64,000 bases of DNA from Candidatus Aminicenantes bacterium. Lineage in GTDB: Bacteria > Acidobacteriota > Aminicenantia > Aminicenantales > Saccharicenantaceae. The stretch covers positions 11,379-75,378 of the forward strand of contig CAVUOW010000010.1 in the NCBI GenBank assembly GCA_963743205.1. The letters are read 5' to 3'. The notes under the pieces were generated by a model. The model saw only the letters and a list, made by a program, of their open reading frames with translations. It was not told the origin of the DNA and made no database searches. Made by a program: the position numbers and the translations under genes. How positions within the stretch are numbered: the first letter of the stretch is position 1; every line of letters starts with the position of its first letter. Shown here in pieces: positions 10,229-19,838 of this stretch.

Positions 10229-12222
10229 GCCATGTCTCCAGGAGGCGGGTCGCCTCTTGCCGGACCTTGCGGTTCCAGAAATCCTTCCGCTCGGCCAGCG
10301 ATTCGATGTACGGGGCGGCTTCGCGCAGGCCGTAGCGCCCGACGATGCCGAGGTTGCGCAGGAGCGCCTTGTTCCGGATGCCGTAGGGTGAGGGCAGTCC
10401 GAAGAGCTTGGTGAAGGCGACGTGCTTCGTCCGCTCGTGGCGCATGAGCAGGACCAGGGCCTCGGCCTGAATGAGCTCGTTCTTCTTCTCCAGCAAGGGG
10501 AAAAGGAAGGCCTCGTCGTACTCCTTGAGGTTCTGCATGGCCTGGAGGGCCTTGACCTTGACGCCCGCGTCGCCGGCGTCGTAGACCTTCTTCAGCGTCT
10601 CGAGGGAGAGCGGCGTATCGATGAGCCGCAGGGCGTCGGCGATCCGGCCGAGGAGCTCGCTGTCGGACGACTTCTTCTTGATCCAGGCGTAAGAACGCCT
10701 CGGTCTCGTCGGGGAAGAAGCGGAAACAGGCCCGGAGGAGGGAGGGCGAGACGATCCGGTCCTTGAATACGGTGGCCGAATAGGCCTCCCAATCGTGGAG
10801 GCTACGGCCGAGCTTTTCGACGAAGGTGTCGAGCTCGGGCCGGGTCTCGCCGCGCAGGAGACAGCCTTCGACGTGCTCGGCGATGGACCGCCGGGCCTCC
10901 TCGAAGGCCGGCTCGGCGGCGAGATCCGCGGACTTGGCGTCGAGGACCTCGTGGTAGGCGAGCAGGAACTCGAAATCGCCCTCGTCGACGATCCTCGGCC
11001 ACTCCTCGGCGATCCGCCCCAGCTCGGCGAGGGCCGGCTCCTTCTGCGCCCCCTGGGACAGCAGGACGAGCAGGAGAAAGCGGTAGTTCCGCTGCAGGGC
11101 CGTGTGATCGAGGGTCAGCTTCTGGTCGAAGGCGATCTCGTTGAGGACGTTGGACAGCGTCTGGCGGTACATCTCGGAGTGGAGCTGGGAGGAGACGCCC
11201 GAGAGCAGGATGCGGATCTTCGACTCGGTCTCGGAGCGCCGGTTCTGGGGATTGTCGCTGTGGAAGAGCGCGTGCAGCGACGTCGAGATCTTCTTGTGCC
11301 GCTCCTTGTCGATGAGCCGGGAGAAGATGCTGAAGCTCAGCGAGTCGAACTTGTCGTTGCCGAGGATCTCCTCCCAGAGGGTCGAGGCCAGGTCCTCCTC
11401 GCTCAGGTCGGAGATGAGCAGCTTGAGGTTCTCGAATTTCGATTCCGTCGGCGTCTTGCGGGCCGAGACAATGGACTTCAGGAGCTGCTTCGAGGCGACC
11501 CGGTGCTTCTCCTCGGAGGTCGTCTTGAGATAGTGAAAGAATTTGGCGAAGTTCTTGTGCATCTCCTCGTTCTGGATGAGGTCCTCGGTGTTGAACTTGC
11601 CGACGACCTTGCCGAACGAGCCGGCCAGCTCCTCGAGCTTCTCGGGATCGTCCTCTTCGACCGCTTCCATGAGGAGGTAGGGCCAGATGTCCTTGATCTC
11701 CTCGCCCTCGCCCTGGAGCAGGATGGAATAATCGAGGGTATCGACGGAGATGTGGATGATGGTCTCCCGCTTGATGATGGCCTGGGCCCCGCCCTCCTTG
11801 ATGAACAGCTTCACGGGCAGCATGATCTTGGAGGCGAAGCGCATGAACTCGGCGTGGGGCAGCCCCGGGCGGATCTCGAGGCGCTTGATCTTGCGGAAGT
11901 GGAACAGCTGGGCCAGGTCCATGTACGTGCGTTCGCCTTCCCAGAAGCGGCCGTCGATGAGCAGGGCGTGGGGCGAGAAGCCGATCGACAGGGGATTGAT
12001 GAAAACGAACAGGGCCTCGAGCCTGGCCATGAGGTCGTTGACGCTGCTCTTGAAGGCCGGGTGGTCCGCGTTGTACATCGAGGCCATCTTGAAGGCCACG
12101 CGCATGGCCCGGGCCATGGAGCGGATGAGCTCGTCCTTGTCGGCCGGGATGGGGACGGACGGGCCCGCCGGCGCGCCGGGGTCCGAGGGACCGGGCGTCG
12201 CGAGATCGTCACCGGAAGACAT
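10218..12222 (-). pseudogene. Large uncharacterized protein (about 668 aa) with HEAT-like C-terminus; one frame disruption near 10690
   Basis: ORFs 10225..12222 and 10218..10538 belong to one gene. After ..FRFFPDETEAF the long frame turns Arg/Pro-rich. The other frame continues sensibly (YAWIKKKSSDSELLGRIADALRLIDTPLSLETLKKVYDAGDAGVKVKALQAMQNLKEY..). Length is 3n+1. The shift lies in gcgttcTTacgcc. SD GAGGTGA precedes the ATG at 12222. Confidence 0.7.
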
Positions 12223-12350
12223 GGCTCACCTCACCGTCAAAAACGCCCTGGCACCATTCTCCTCTCCCCCGATGAAAGTACCATGCTCAGGCCCGGTGAT
12301 TCAAGGGGTGAGATCGCCTCCTCGCGGCCTCTTGAGCCCCGCGGTCCCCT

Positions 12351-13469
12351 GTGCTATACTGCCCCGAAAATGGAAGGGAGACCGACCTCATTCGCAGAGC
12401 AGCTCTGGCCCTGGCGGACGGGACCGTCCTCGAGGGCGTAGGCTTCGGCGCGGTCGCCAAGACCGGGGGGGAAGTCGTTTTCAATACCGGGATCGTCGGC
12501 TACCCGGAGAGCATCACCGACCCGTCCTATCGCGGCCAGATCCTCTGCCAGACCTATCCGCTCATCGGCAACTACGGCGTCGACCCGTCCCGCTTCGAGT
12601 CGGACAGGCCGCAGATCGCCGGCTATGTCGTATCGGAGCTCTGCGAGCATCCCTCCCACGCCACGTCGCGGAAGACGCTCGACGACTGGCTCCGCGAGAG
12701 CGGCGTCCCGGCCATCGCCGGCATCGACACGCGGGCCCTGACGAAGAAGCTTCGCGTCCACGGCGTCATGACCGGGCTCCTCGCCGCCGGCGACGGCCCG
12801 CAGAGCCCGGCCCGGTTACGGCGCGAGGCCCGCGAAGTCCCCGATCCCAACGCCCGCGACCTCGTCGCCGAAGTCACGACACCGGAGATCCGCATCTACA
12901 ACCCCAAGGCCCGGAGGACGATCGTCCTCATCGACTGCGGGGTCAAGATGGGGATCATCCGGGCCCTCGTCCGGCGCGGCGTCGCCGTCGTGCGTGTCCC
13001 GGCGGATTCAGATGCGGAGCGCATCCTGTCCTTCGCTCCGAAAGGCGTCGTCATCTCCAACGGCCCGGGCGACCCTGAGCGGGCGGCCTCCACGGTGGCC
13101 GCGGTCCGCCGCCTCCTCGGCGCCGGCATCCCGCTCTTCGGCATCTGCCTCGGCAACCAGGTCCTCGCGCTGGCCGCAGGCGGCTCGACCTACAAGCTCA
13201 AGTTCGGACATCGGAGCCAGAACCAGCCCTGCCTCGAAGAAGGCACCCGGCGCTGCTACATCACCAGCCAGAACCACGGGTTCGCCGTCGACCCGGCCAG
13301 CCTGCCCCGCGGCTGGACCTCCTGGTTCAGGAACGCGAACGACGGCACGAACGAAGGCATCCGCCACAGCCGCAAGCCCGTGTTCGGCGTCCAGTTCCAC
13401 CCCGAGGCCTGCCCCGGCCCGACCGATACCGAATTCCTGTTCGACGAGTTCCTCGAGGCTGCCGGATGA
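12351..13469 (+). CDS. carA: Carbamoyl-phosphate synthase small (glutaminase) subunit
   Basis: 372-aa ORF. LALADGTVLEGVGFGA N-terminus, GATase Cys in PLFGICLGNQVLALA, and VQFHPEA. The GTG at 12351 has no clear SD and gives about 14 extra residues, so the true start is uncertain. Confidence 0.93.
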   Translation: MLYCPENGRETDLIRRAALALADGTVLEGVGFGAVAKTGGEVVFNTGIVGYPESITDPSYRGQILCQTYPLIGNYGVDPSRFESDRPQIAGYVVSELCEHPSHATSRKTLDDWLRESGVPAIAGIDTRALTKKLRVHGVMTGLLAAGDGPQSPARLRREAREVPDPNARDLVAEVTTPEIRIYNPKARRTIVLIDCGVKMGIIRALVRRGVAVVRVPADSDAERILSFAPKGVVISNGPGDPERAASTVAAVRRLLGAGIPLFGICLGNQVLALAAGGSTYKLKFGHRSQNQPCLEEGTRRCYITSQNHGFAVDPASLPRGWTSWFRNANDGTNEGIRHSRKPVFGVQFHPEACPGPTDTEFLFDEFLEAAG

Positions 13470-16400
13470 AAAAACCCCGGAAGGTCCTCATCCTGGGAAG
13501 CGGCGCCCTCAAGATCGGCGAGGCCGGCGAGTTCGACTACTCCGGCAGCCAGGCCATCAAGGCCCTCAAGGAGGAGGGCCTCGAAGTCGTCCTGGTCAAT
13601 CCCAACATTGCCACGATCCAGACCTCCGAAGGGATGGCCGACCGGGTCTATTTCCTGCCGGTCACCCCGTTCTTCGTCAAGAAGGTCATCGAGCGGGAGA
13701 AGCCGGACGGGCTGCTCCTCTCTTTCGGCGGCCAGACGGCCCTCAATTGCGGCGTCGCGCTGTGGAAGAGCGGCGTCCTGGCCGAGGCCGGGCTGCCCGT
13801 CCTCGGGACGCCGATGGAGGCGGTCGAGAAGACGGAAGACCGCAAGCTCTTCAACCGGGCCCTGGCCCAGGCCGGTCTGAAAGCTCCCCGGGGCCTCGCC
13901 GTCCGGACGGTCGAAGCGGGGCTGCGCGCGGCCGAAGCGATCGGCTATCCGGTCATGGCCCGCGTCGCCTACGCCCTCGGCGGCAAGGGCAGCGGCGTCG
14001 CCTATTCGCCGCGCGAGCTGCGCGAGGCGCTGCGGCGGGCCTTCACGGCCGCGCCGCAGATCCTCATCGAAGAGTACCTCGAGGGCTGGAAGGAGATCGA
14101 GTACGAGGTCGTCCGCGACCGGGCCGACAACTGCGTGACCGTCTGCAACATGGAGAATTTCGATCCCATGGGCATCCACACCGGGGAGAGCATCGTCATC
14201 GCCCCGTCGCAGACGCTGACGAACGAGGAGTACCATCGCCTGCGGGCGATCGCCGTCAAGGCCATCCGGCACCTCGGCATCGTCGGCGAATGCAACATCC
14301 AGTACGCCCTCAACCCCCGCGACGGCGACTATCGCATCATCGAGGTCAACGCCCGGCTGTCGCGGAGCTCGGCCCTGGCCAGCAAGGCCACCGGCTATCC
14401 CCTGGCTTTCGTCGCCGCCAAGCTCGCCCTCGGGCACACGCTGCCGGACCTGCCGAACTCGATCACCAAGGTCACTTCGGCCTGCTTCGAGCCGGCCCTG
14501 GACTACCTCGTGGTCAAGATCCCGCGCTGGGACCTCAAGAAATTCGGCCGCGTCTCGAAGAAGATCGGCTCGGAGATGAAATCGGTCGGCGAGGTCATGG
14601 CCATCGGCCGGTCCTTCGAGGAGGCCATCCAGAAGGCGGCCCGGATGCTCCAGGTCGGCGTCTACGGCCTCGTCGCCAACGAAAACTACTCTTTCCGGAG
14701 CCTGGAGAAGGAGCTCCGCCACCCGACCGACGAGCGGCTGTTCGGCATCGCCGAGGCCCTCAAGAAAGGCATCACCGTCGACCGCATCCACGAGCTGACC
14801 CGCATCGACCGCTGGTTCCTCCACAAGATCAAGTCGGTCGTCGACTGCGAGGCGCGGCTCCGCGGCCGCCGCCTCGGCGCCGTCGCGCCCGACCTTCTCC
14901 TCGAGTCCAAGCGCAAGGGCTTCTCGGACAAGCAGATCTCGCTCCTCACCGGATCGTCCGAGCTCCGCGTCCGGGCCCGGCGGAAGGAGCTCGGCCTCGT
15001 TCCGGCCGTGAAGCAGATCGACACGCTGGCCGCCGAGTACCCGGCCCAGACGAACTACCTCTACGTGACCTACAACGGCCGCGAGGACGACGTGCCGTTC
15101 CGCAACGGCCGCGGCAAGCCCGGCAAGGTCATGGTCCTCGGCTCGGGCTCGTACTCCATCGGCTCCTCGGTCGAGTTCGACTGGTGCTGCGTCAACGCCG
15201 CCCTGGCCCTGAAGAAGCTCGGCTACGCCACGATCATGGTCAACTACAACCCGGAGACGGTGTCGACCGACTACGACATCTGCGACCGGCTCTACTTCGA
15301 CGAGCTCAGCTTCGAGCGCGTCCTCGACATCTACGAGAAGGAGAAGCCGCTCGGCGTCCTGCTGTCGATGGGCGGCCAGATCCCCAACAATATCGCCCTG
15401 CGCTGCCACAAGGCGGGCGTCCGCGTCCTGGGGACGCCGCCGCCGAGCATCGACCGGGCCGAGGACCGCTTCAAGTTCTCCAAGCTCCTCGACGAGCTCG
15501 GCGTCGATCAGCCGGAGTGGCGCGAGCTCCGGAGCGTCGCCGAGGCCAAGCGCTTCGCCCGGACGATCGGCTACCCGGTGCTCATCCGGCCGTCCTACGT
15601 CCTGAGCGGGGCGGCCATGAGCGTCGTCTTCAACGAGGACTACCTCGACCGCTATCTTCTGAAGGCCTCCCGCGTTTCGCCCGAATATCCGGTCGTCATC
15701 TCCAAGTTCATCCTGAACGCCAAGGAGATCGAGCTCGACGCCGTGGCCGACCGCGGCGAGGTCATCGCCTCGGCCATCGTCGAGCATGTCGAGAACGCCG
15801 GCGTCCATTCGGGCGACGCGACCATGGTCCTGCCTCCCCAGAAGCTCTACATCGAGACGATCCGCCGCATCCGCGAGATCGGCCGCGAGATCGCCCTGGC
15901 CCTCGAGATCACCGGCCCGTTCAACATCCAGTTCATCGCCAAGGACAACGCCATCAAGGTCATCGAGTGCAACCTCCGGGCCTCGCGCTCGTTCCCGTTC
16001 GTCAGCAAGGTGGCCCGGACGAACTTCGTCGAGCTGGCCGTCGCCGCCATGATGGGCCGGCCCGTCCGCAACGGCAAGACGACGCTCGATCTGAACTATG
16101 TCGGCGTCAAGGCGCCCCAGTTCTCGTTCTCCCGGCTCAAGGGCGCCGATCCGGTCACCGGGGTCGAGATGGCTTCGACCGGAGAGGTCGCCTGCCTCGG
16201 CGAGGACGTCCACGAGGCCTACCTCAAGGCGATCCTGGCGACGGGATTCAGCCTGCCGAAAAAGAACGTCCTCCTGACCCTCGGCGGCGAGGAATCCAAG
16301 AGCCGCTTCATCGGCGCCGCCCAGACCCTGGCCGGGCTCGGCTACCGGATCTTCGCGACCGAGAAGACCTCGGCCTTTCTCAAAGAAAACGGCGTGCGGA

Positions 16401-16663
16401 ACACGCGCCTGTTCAAGGTCCACGAGCGCCGCGGACCGAACATCCGCGATTACATCGCCGGTGGCCGGCTCGATCTCGTCATCTCCATCCCCAACCCGGG
16501 AAAGAGGGTCGAGTTCGACTCGGCCTACAGGCTCCGGCGCCTGGCCGTCGACTACTCGATCCCCATCCTGACCAACCTGCAGGCCGCCGATCTTTTCGTC
16601 CAGGCCCTGGCCGCCAAGAAGCCGGCCGACCTCGCCATCAAGCACTGGGCCGAGTACCAATAG
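13466..16663 (+). CDS. carB: Carbamoyl-phosphate synthase large subunit
   Basis: 1065-aa ORF with duplicated ATP-grasp halves and a C-terminal MGS-like domain. ATGA overlap with carA. Confidence 0.98.
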   Translation: MKKPRKVLILGSGALKIGEAGEFDYSGSQAIKALKEEGLEVVLVNPNIATIQTSEGMADRVYFLPVTPFFVKKVIEREKPDGLLLSFGGQTALNCGVALWKSGVLAEAGLPVLGTPMEAVEKTEDRKLFNRALAQAGLKAPRGLAVRTVEAGLRAAEAIGYPVMARVAYALGGKGSGVAYSPRELREALRRAFTAAPQILIEEYLEGWKEIEYEVVRDRADNCVTVCNMENFDPMGIHTGESIVIAPSQTLTNEEYHRLRAIAVKAIRHLGIVGECNIQYALNPRDGDYRIIEVNARLSRSSALASKATGYPLAFVAAKLALGHTLPDLPNSITKVTSACFEPALDYLVVKIPRWDLKKFGRVSKKIGSEMKSVGEVMAIGRSFEEAIQKAARMLQVGVYGLVANENYSFRSLEKELRHPTDERLFGIAEALKKGITVDRIHELTRIDRWFLHKIKSVVDCEARLRGRRLGAVAPDLLLESKRKGFSDKQISLLTGSSELRVRARRKELGLVPAVKQIDTLAAEYPAQTNYLYVTYNGREDDVPFRNGRGKPGKVMVLGSGSYSIGSSVEFDWCCVNAALALKKLGYATIMVNYNPETVSTDYDICDRLYFDELSFERVLDIYEKEKPLGVLLSMGGQIPNNIALRCHKAGVRVLGTPPPSIDRAEDRFKFSKLLDELGVDQPEWRELRSVAEAKRFARTIGYPVLIRPSYVLSGAAMSVVFNEDYLDRYLLKASRVSPEYPVVISKFILNAKEIELDAVADRGEVIASAIVEHVENAGVHSGDATMVLPPQKLYIETIRRIREIGREIALALEITGPFNIQFIAKDNAIKVIECNLRASRSFPFVSKVARTNFVELAVAAMMGRPVRNGKTTLDLNYVGVKAPQFSFSRLKGADPVTGVEMASTGEVACLGEDVHEAYLKAILATGFSLPKKNVLLTLGGEESKSRFIGAAQTLAGLGYRIFATEKTSAFLKENGVRNTRLFKVHERRGPNIRDYIAGGRLDLVISIPNPGKRVEFDSAYRLRRLAVDYSIPILTNLQAADLFVQALAAKKPADLAIKHWAEYQ

Positions 16664-16735
16664 GCCCGGACGGCCGCCGGCCGCCCTTGTTCCGCGCCCG
16701 CGAGTCGTTTATAATCCGGGCAGGGTGAACCCGCC

Positions 16736-17914
16736 ATGCGCATGAAACGGACCGTCCTCTCGTTCGTCGTGATCTTGGCCGCCGGGGCGACGCTCGCCGC
16801 CGCGGCCCAGAAAGCCCCCGCACGGGCGACCAAGGTCAAGATCTCGGCCGAGCAGGCCAACCTGCGGGAGAAGCCCGACATCGGCAGCTCCATCGTCCAG
16901 CAGATCCCCGAAGGCACCGTCCTCGAAGCGGACAGGAAAGAGGGCGAGTGGTACTTCGTCCGCTACACCCTGGAGGACGGCGGGGTCATCGGCGGCTGGA
17001 TCCACGAAAGCCTGGTCCAGGTCGTCGAGCAGGGCGCGCCGGCCCCGGAACCGGCGAAGAAACCGGCCGAAGAGACGCCGCCGCGCGAGCGCGCCCCGCG
17101 GCCGATCCGGATCGGCCGGATCGAGACGCCCGAATTCAGGACCGGAACGATCCCGCTCGAGATCTCCGTCTCCGCCGGAATCGCCTCGCTCGCGCCGCGG
17201 GACCTCAACGACGGAACGCGGGGGTACGTCGATTGGTTCGGCGCGTCGACCGGCCTTCCGGTGCCCCGGCCCGCCGACGCGCTGCACCTCGCCGGCCTCA
17301 TCGGCTTCGAGCTCTCCTACCGCTACTCTCCCAGGCTGACGTTCGGCGTCGGCGCCGACTACCTCCGCGGCGCCAACGGGGACAGCATCGAGCTCACCGA
17401 CCCGCTGCTCTCGGAGGCGGTATCGACCAAGCCTTCGCTCCGGGGCGTCCCGGTCAAGGTCATGGTCCGCTACTATCCCGGCGGCGGCTTCTTTATCCGC
17501 GGCGCCCTCGGGCTCTATGCGGTCAAGGCCGGATACCTTTTCCGCCATGAGGGGGCCGCCACCTGGGAACAATGGAAGGGCTCGGCGACGACCAGCGGGC
17601 TCGGCGGCGAAGCCGCCTTCGGCGGAGAATGGGAGATCGCGCCGCGGACGATCTTCTTCGCGGAGGCAGGCTTCCGGCTGGCCAGCTTCGGCGGGCTGAC
17701 CGGGCAGAACGTCTATACGAACTCGGCCGGCGAGAGGGTCGTCGAGCCGGGGACCCTGTTCTTCTTCCACAAGACGGCCGGGGACACGACCTCGTACCCT
17801 CTCATCTTCGTCCGGGGGAGCGCTCCGGCCGAAGAGGGTGTCGTCGATGCCCGCCGGGCCAGGGCCAACGTTTCGGGAACGGCCGTGAGGGTGGGTGTCA
17901 GGTACAGGTTTTAG
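16736..17914 (+). CDS. Exported SH3b-domain protein with beta-barrel-like C-terminal half
   Basis: Signal peptide (MRMKRTVLSFVVILAAGATLAAAAQ). SH3_3-like segment (ANLREKPDIGSSIVQQIPEGTVLEADRKEGEWYFVRY..GWIHESL). C-terminus VRVGVRYRF ends in Phe, as in outer-membrane barrels. Confidence 0.6.
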   Translation: MRMKRTVLSFVVILAAGATLAAAAQKAPARATKVKISAEQANLREKPDIGSSIVQQIPEGTVLEADRKEGEWYFVRYTLEDGGVIGGWIHESLVQVVEQGAPAPEPAKKPAEETPPRERAPRPIRIGRIETPEFRTGTIPLEISVSAGIASLAPRDLNDGTRGYVDWFGASTGLPVPRPADALHLAGLIGFELSYRYSPRLTFGVGADYLRGANGDSIELTDPLLSEAVSTKPSLRGVPVKVMVRYYPGGGFFIRGALGLYAVKAGYLFRHEGAATWEQWKGSATTSGLGGEAAFGGEWEIAPRTIFFAEAGFRLASFGGLTGQNVYTNSAGERVVEPGTLFFFHKTAGDTTSYPLIFVRGSAPAEEGVVDARRARANVSGTAVRVGVRYRF

Positions 17915-17916
17915 CT

Positions 17917-18354
17917 TCAGAGCCGGATGACGCGAAGGGCCTTGTCGATGTACTCTTCCGGCAGGCCGCATTCCTTGGCCCCGTCGATCACGATCCTCTC
18001 GTAATCGGGGTGCGGCTTCCCGAGGGCCCGGCCGGTCCGGAGATAGGTCATGGCCTGGTCGATGTTCCCCTCCCGGTCCTTGACCTCGACGTCCCTGTGC
18101 TCATAGCTCCGCGGATAACCCTCGAAGGCGTCCAGGGTCAGCCGGTCGCGCTCGGTGATCTTGTAGAGGGCGCCCCAGACACGTTCGGCTTCGGACGGGA
18201 CGATATTCCCGACGGCCCCGTCCCAGGTCACGGAAAAACCGTCGTAAACGAACCGGAACCCCTCCAGGAAGACGGTCTTGAGGAAACGGCTCGCCGGGCA
18301 CCACCTCGTCATTTGCGCCTGGTTCATGTTCGACGCGAAGGCGAAATATTGCAC
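17917..18354 (-). CDS. Gamma-glutamylcyclotransferase (AIG2/GGCT-like) family protein
   Basis: 145-aa ORF. YFAFASNMNQAQM start and VWGALYKITERDRLTLDAFEGYP core are typical of GGCT-like proteins. Confidence 0.8.
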   Translation of the reverse strand: MQYFAFASNMNQAQMTRWCPASRFLKTVFLEGFRFVYDGFSVTWDGAVGNIVPSEAERVWGALYKITERDRLTLDAFEGYPRSYEHRDVEVKDREGNIDQAMTYLRTGRALGKPHPDYERIVIDGAKECGLPEEYIDKALRVIRL

Positions 18355-18447
18355 GGGCTGCCTCCTCGGGTGGGCGGTTCGGCCCCTTGGGTCCGATTAT
18401 AAACCTCGCGGCTCGCGGGGGCAACACCCGGGAATAATCGCGGGAGA

Positions 18448-19132
18448 TCAGCGGTTCAGGACGGCGATATCCATGACCGGGTTGACTTCGTGCCAGCCCC
18501 GGCCGGGCTGAGCGTCGAAGCGGGCCATGCCGTAGACCCGGACACGGCTGCCCTGCTGGGGAATGGTCAGGCCGCGGACATCCCGGATCTCGCAGATGAC
18601 AAACGGTTCCGGATCTTGGAGACCCTCAACAAGCTTGATGTGCAGGGTCCGCTCCTGCTCATCGTAGTAGACATTGTGAACGAAGCCCTCCGTGACGATT
18701 CGGTTGCGGGAGTTCATTGCGAACTCGCGGATGGCGAGCGGCGTGAACCCGCGACCGGCCTGAATATCGTGAGAGGCGACAAGGCCTTCGCGTGAATGGG
18801 AGGCCATCGTCCGGCTGGAGACGACCAAGATCATGACCAATCCCGCCGCAACGGCCAGGAGGGCCGGCACCACGAGTGGCCGGCGAAAGGCGTGAGGAGG
18901 AGGGGCGCCGGGCCCATATCTCCTCGAACTCCGGAAGGCGGGGGGGAGCGTCCGGCGAGAGGCGACCGAACCGGCGGGCCGCCTCATGGCCGGAGCGCAT
19001 GCGCGCGATGAGATCCTCGCACGGCCGGCATCCGGCCAGGTGTTTTTCGAGTCTCCCGGCCTGGTCTGGCCGGAGGCCGCCGTCAAGATAGGGCACGAAT
19101 TTGCGGCGGAGGAAAAAGCAAAGGATGTTCAT
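18448..19132 (-). pseudogene. Anti-sigma factor (zf-HC2), frame-disrupted
   Basis: The N-terminus with zf-HC2 motif HLAGCRPCEDLIARM is in ORF 18659..19132. The TM helix and extracytoplasmic domain (PLVVPALLAVAAGLVMILVV...DIAVLNR) are in ORF 18448..19086, a different frame. Length is 3n+1. The shift lies between about 18890 and 18946. ATGA overlap with the sigma gene. Confidence 0.75.
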
Positions 19133-19726
19133 CGGGTCCCCTCGGACGGCCGCATCAGGGTTTCAAGCTCCGTCAGGGCCCGGTTGAGCCGCGAAGCCAC
19201 CGTCCCGGACGGACAGCCCAGGATCCGGCTCATCTCGTCATAGGACAGGTCCTCCTGATACTTGAGGACGACGACCTCCCGCATCTTGAAGGGAAGCTGC
19301 ATGACGGCGCCCGTCAGGGCGTCCGTGCGGTTCCGAGATCCATCATCGGCAACACTCGCGGTGTCAGCCTCGTAGCGGCTGCCGAGAATATCTTCCAACG
19401 GCACGACGGAGGGTCCGTGTTTCCTCAGAGTGGTTCCGGCATTCGTTCCGCGCGATCCGATAGATCCAGGTGAACAAGGCGGAACGAAATCGGAACCTGG
19501 GGAGGCCCCGGAAAGCTTTGAAGAAGACGTTCTGGAGAATGTCCTGGGCCTGGAGGGGGTCTCCGACAAGGGATATGACGACACTCCAGACGGGCTCGCG
19601 ATAGGTCCGGTAGATCTCGCGAAAGGCCTCTTCCTCGCCACGCTGGGCGGCCTGGACGAGGTCCTTCTCCCGATAGTCCGGGACGGCCCTCGCCATCGTC
19701 TCGTCGGGAGAAAACTCTGGGGCCAC
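19129..19726 (-). pseudogene. ECF-type RNA polymerase sigma factor, frame-disrupted
   Basis: Region 2 (DLVQAAQRGEEEAFREIYRTYREPVWSVV..FTWIYRIARNECRNH) is in ORF 19364..19726. Region 4 (LPFKMREVVVLKYQEDLSYDEMSRILGCPSGTVASRLNRA) is in the frame of ORF 19129..19788. The join is near 19430 (aaccacTctgagg). An alternative ATG start is at 19696. Confidence 0.8.
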
Positions 19727-19838
19727 CGCGCCACTGTAGCCCCGCGTGGGAGTGGTGTCAAGCGGTGCCGAGGGCGGCCCGGGCGCACGGAAGAATCGGT
19801 CTCCGGCGTGTGTCTAATTAAGATATAGAGGTGCCGCC

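Noticed and set aside
12994-16728. Very long ORFs overlapping carB: 1244 aa on the plus strand (12994..16728) and 1134 aa on the minus strand (13256..16660). Similar shadows lie over topA (1018..3393), valS (57042..60398), lptD (24604..27171) and others.
   Set aside because: Their translations are monotonous Arg/Pro/Gly/Asp-rich strings with no motifs. Each overlaps a gene with unmistakable conserved sequence. Stop-poor alternative frames are expected in GC-rich DNA.
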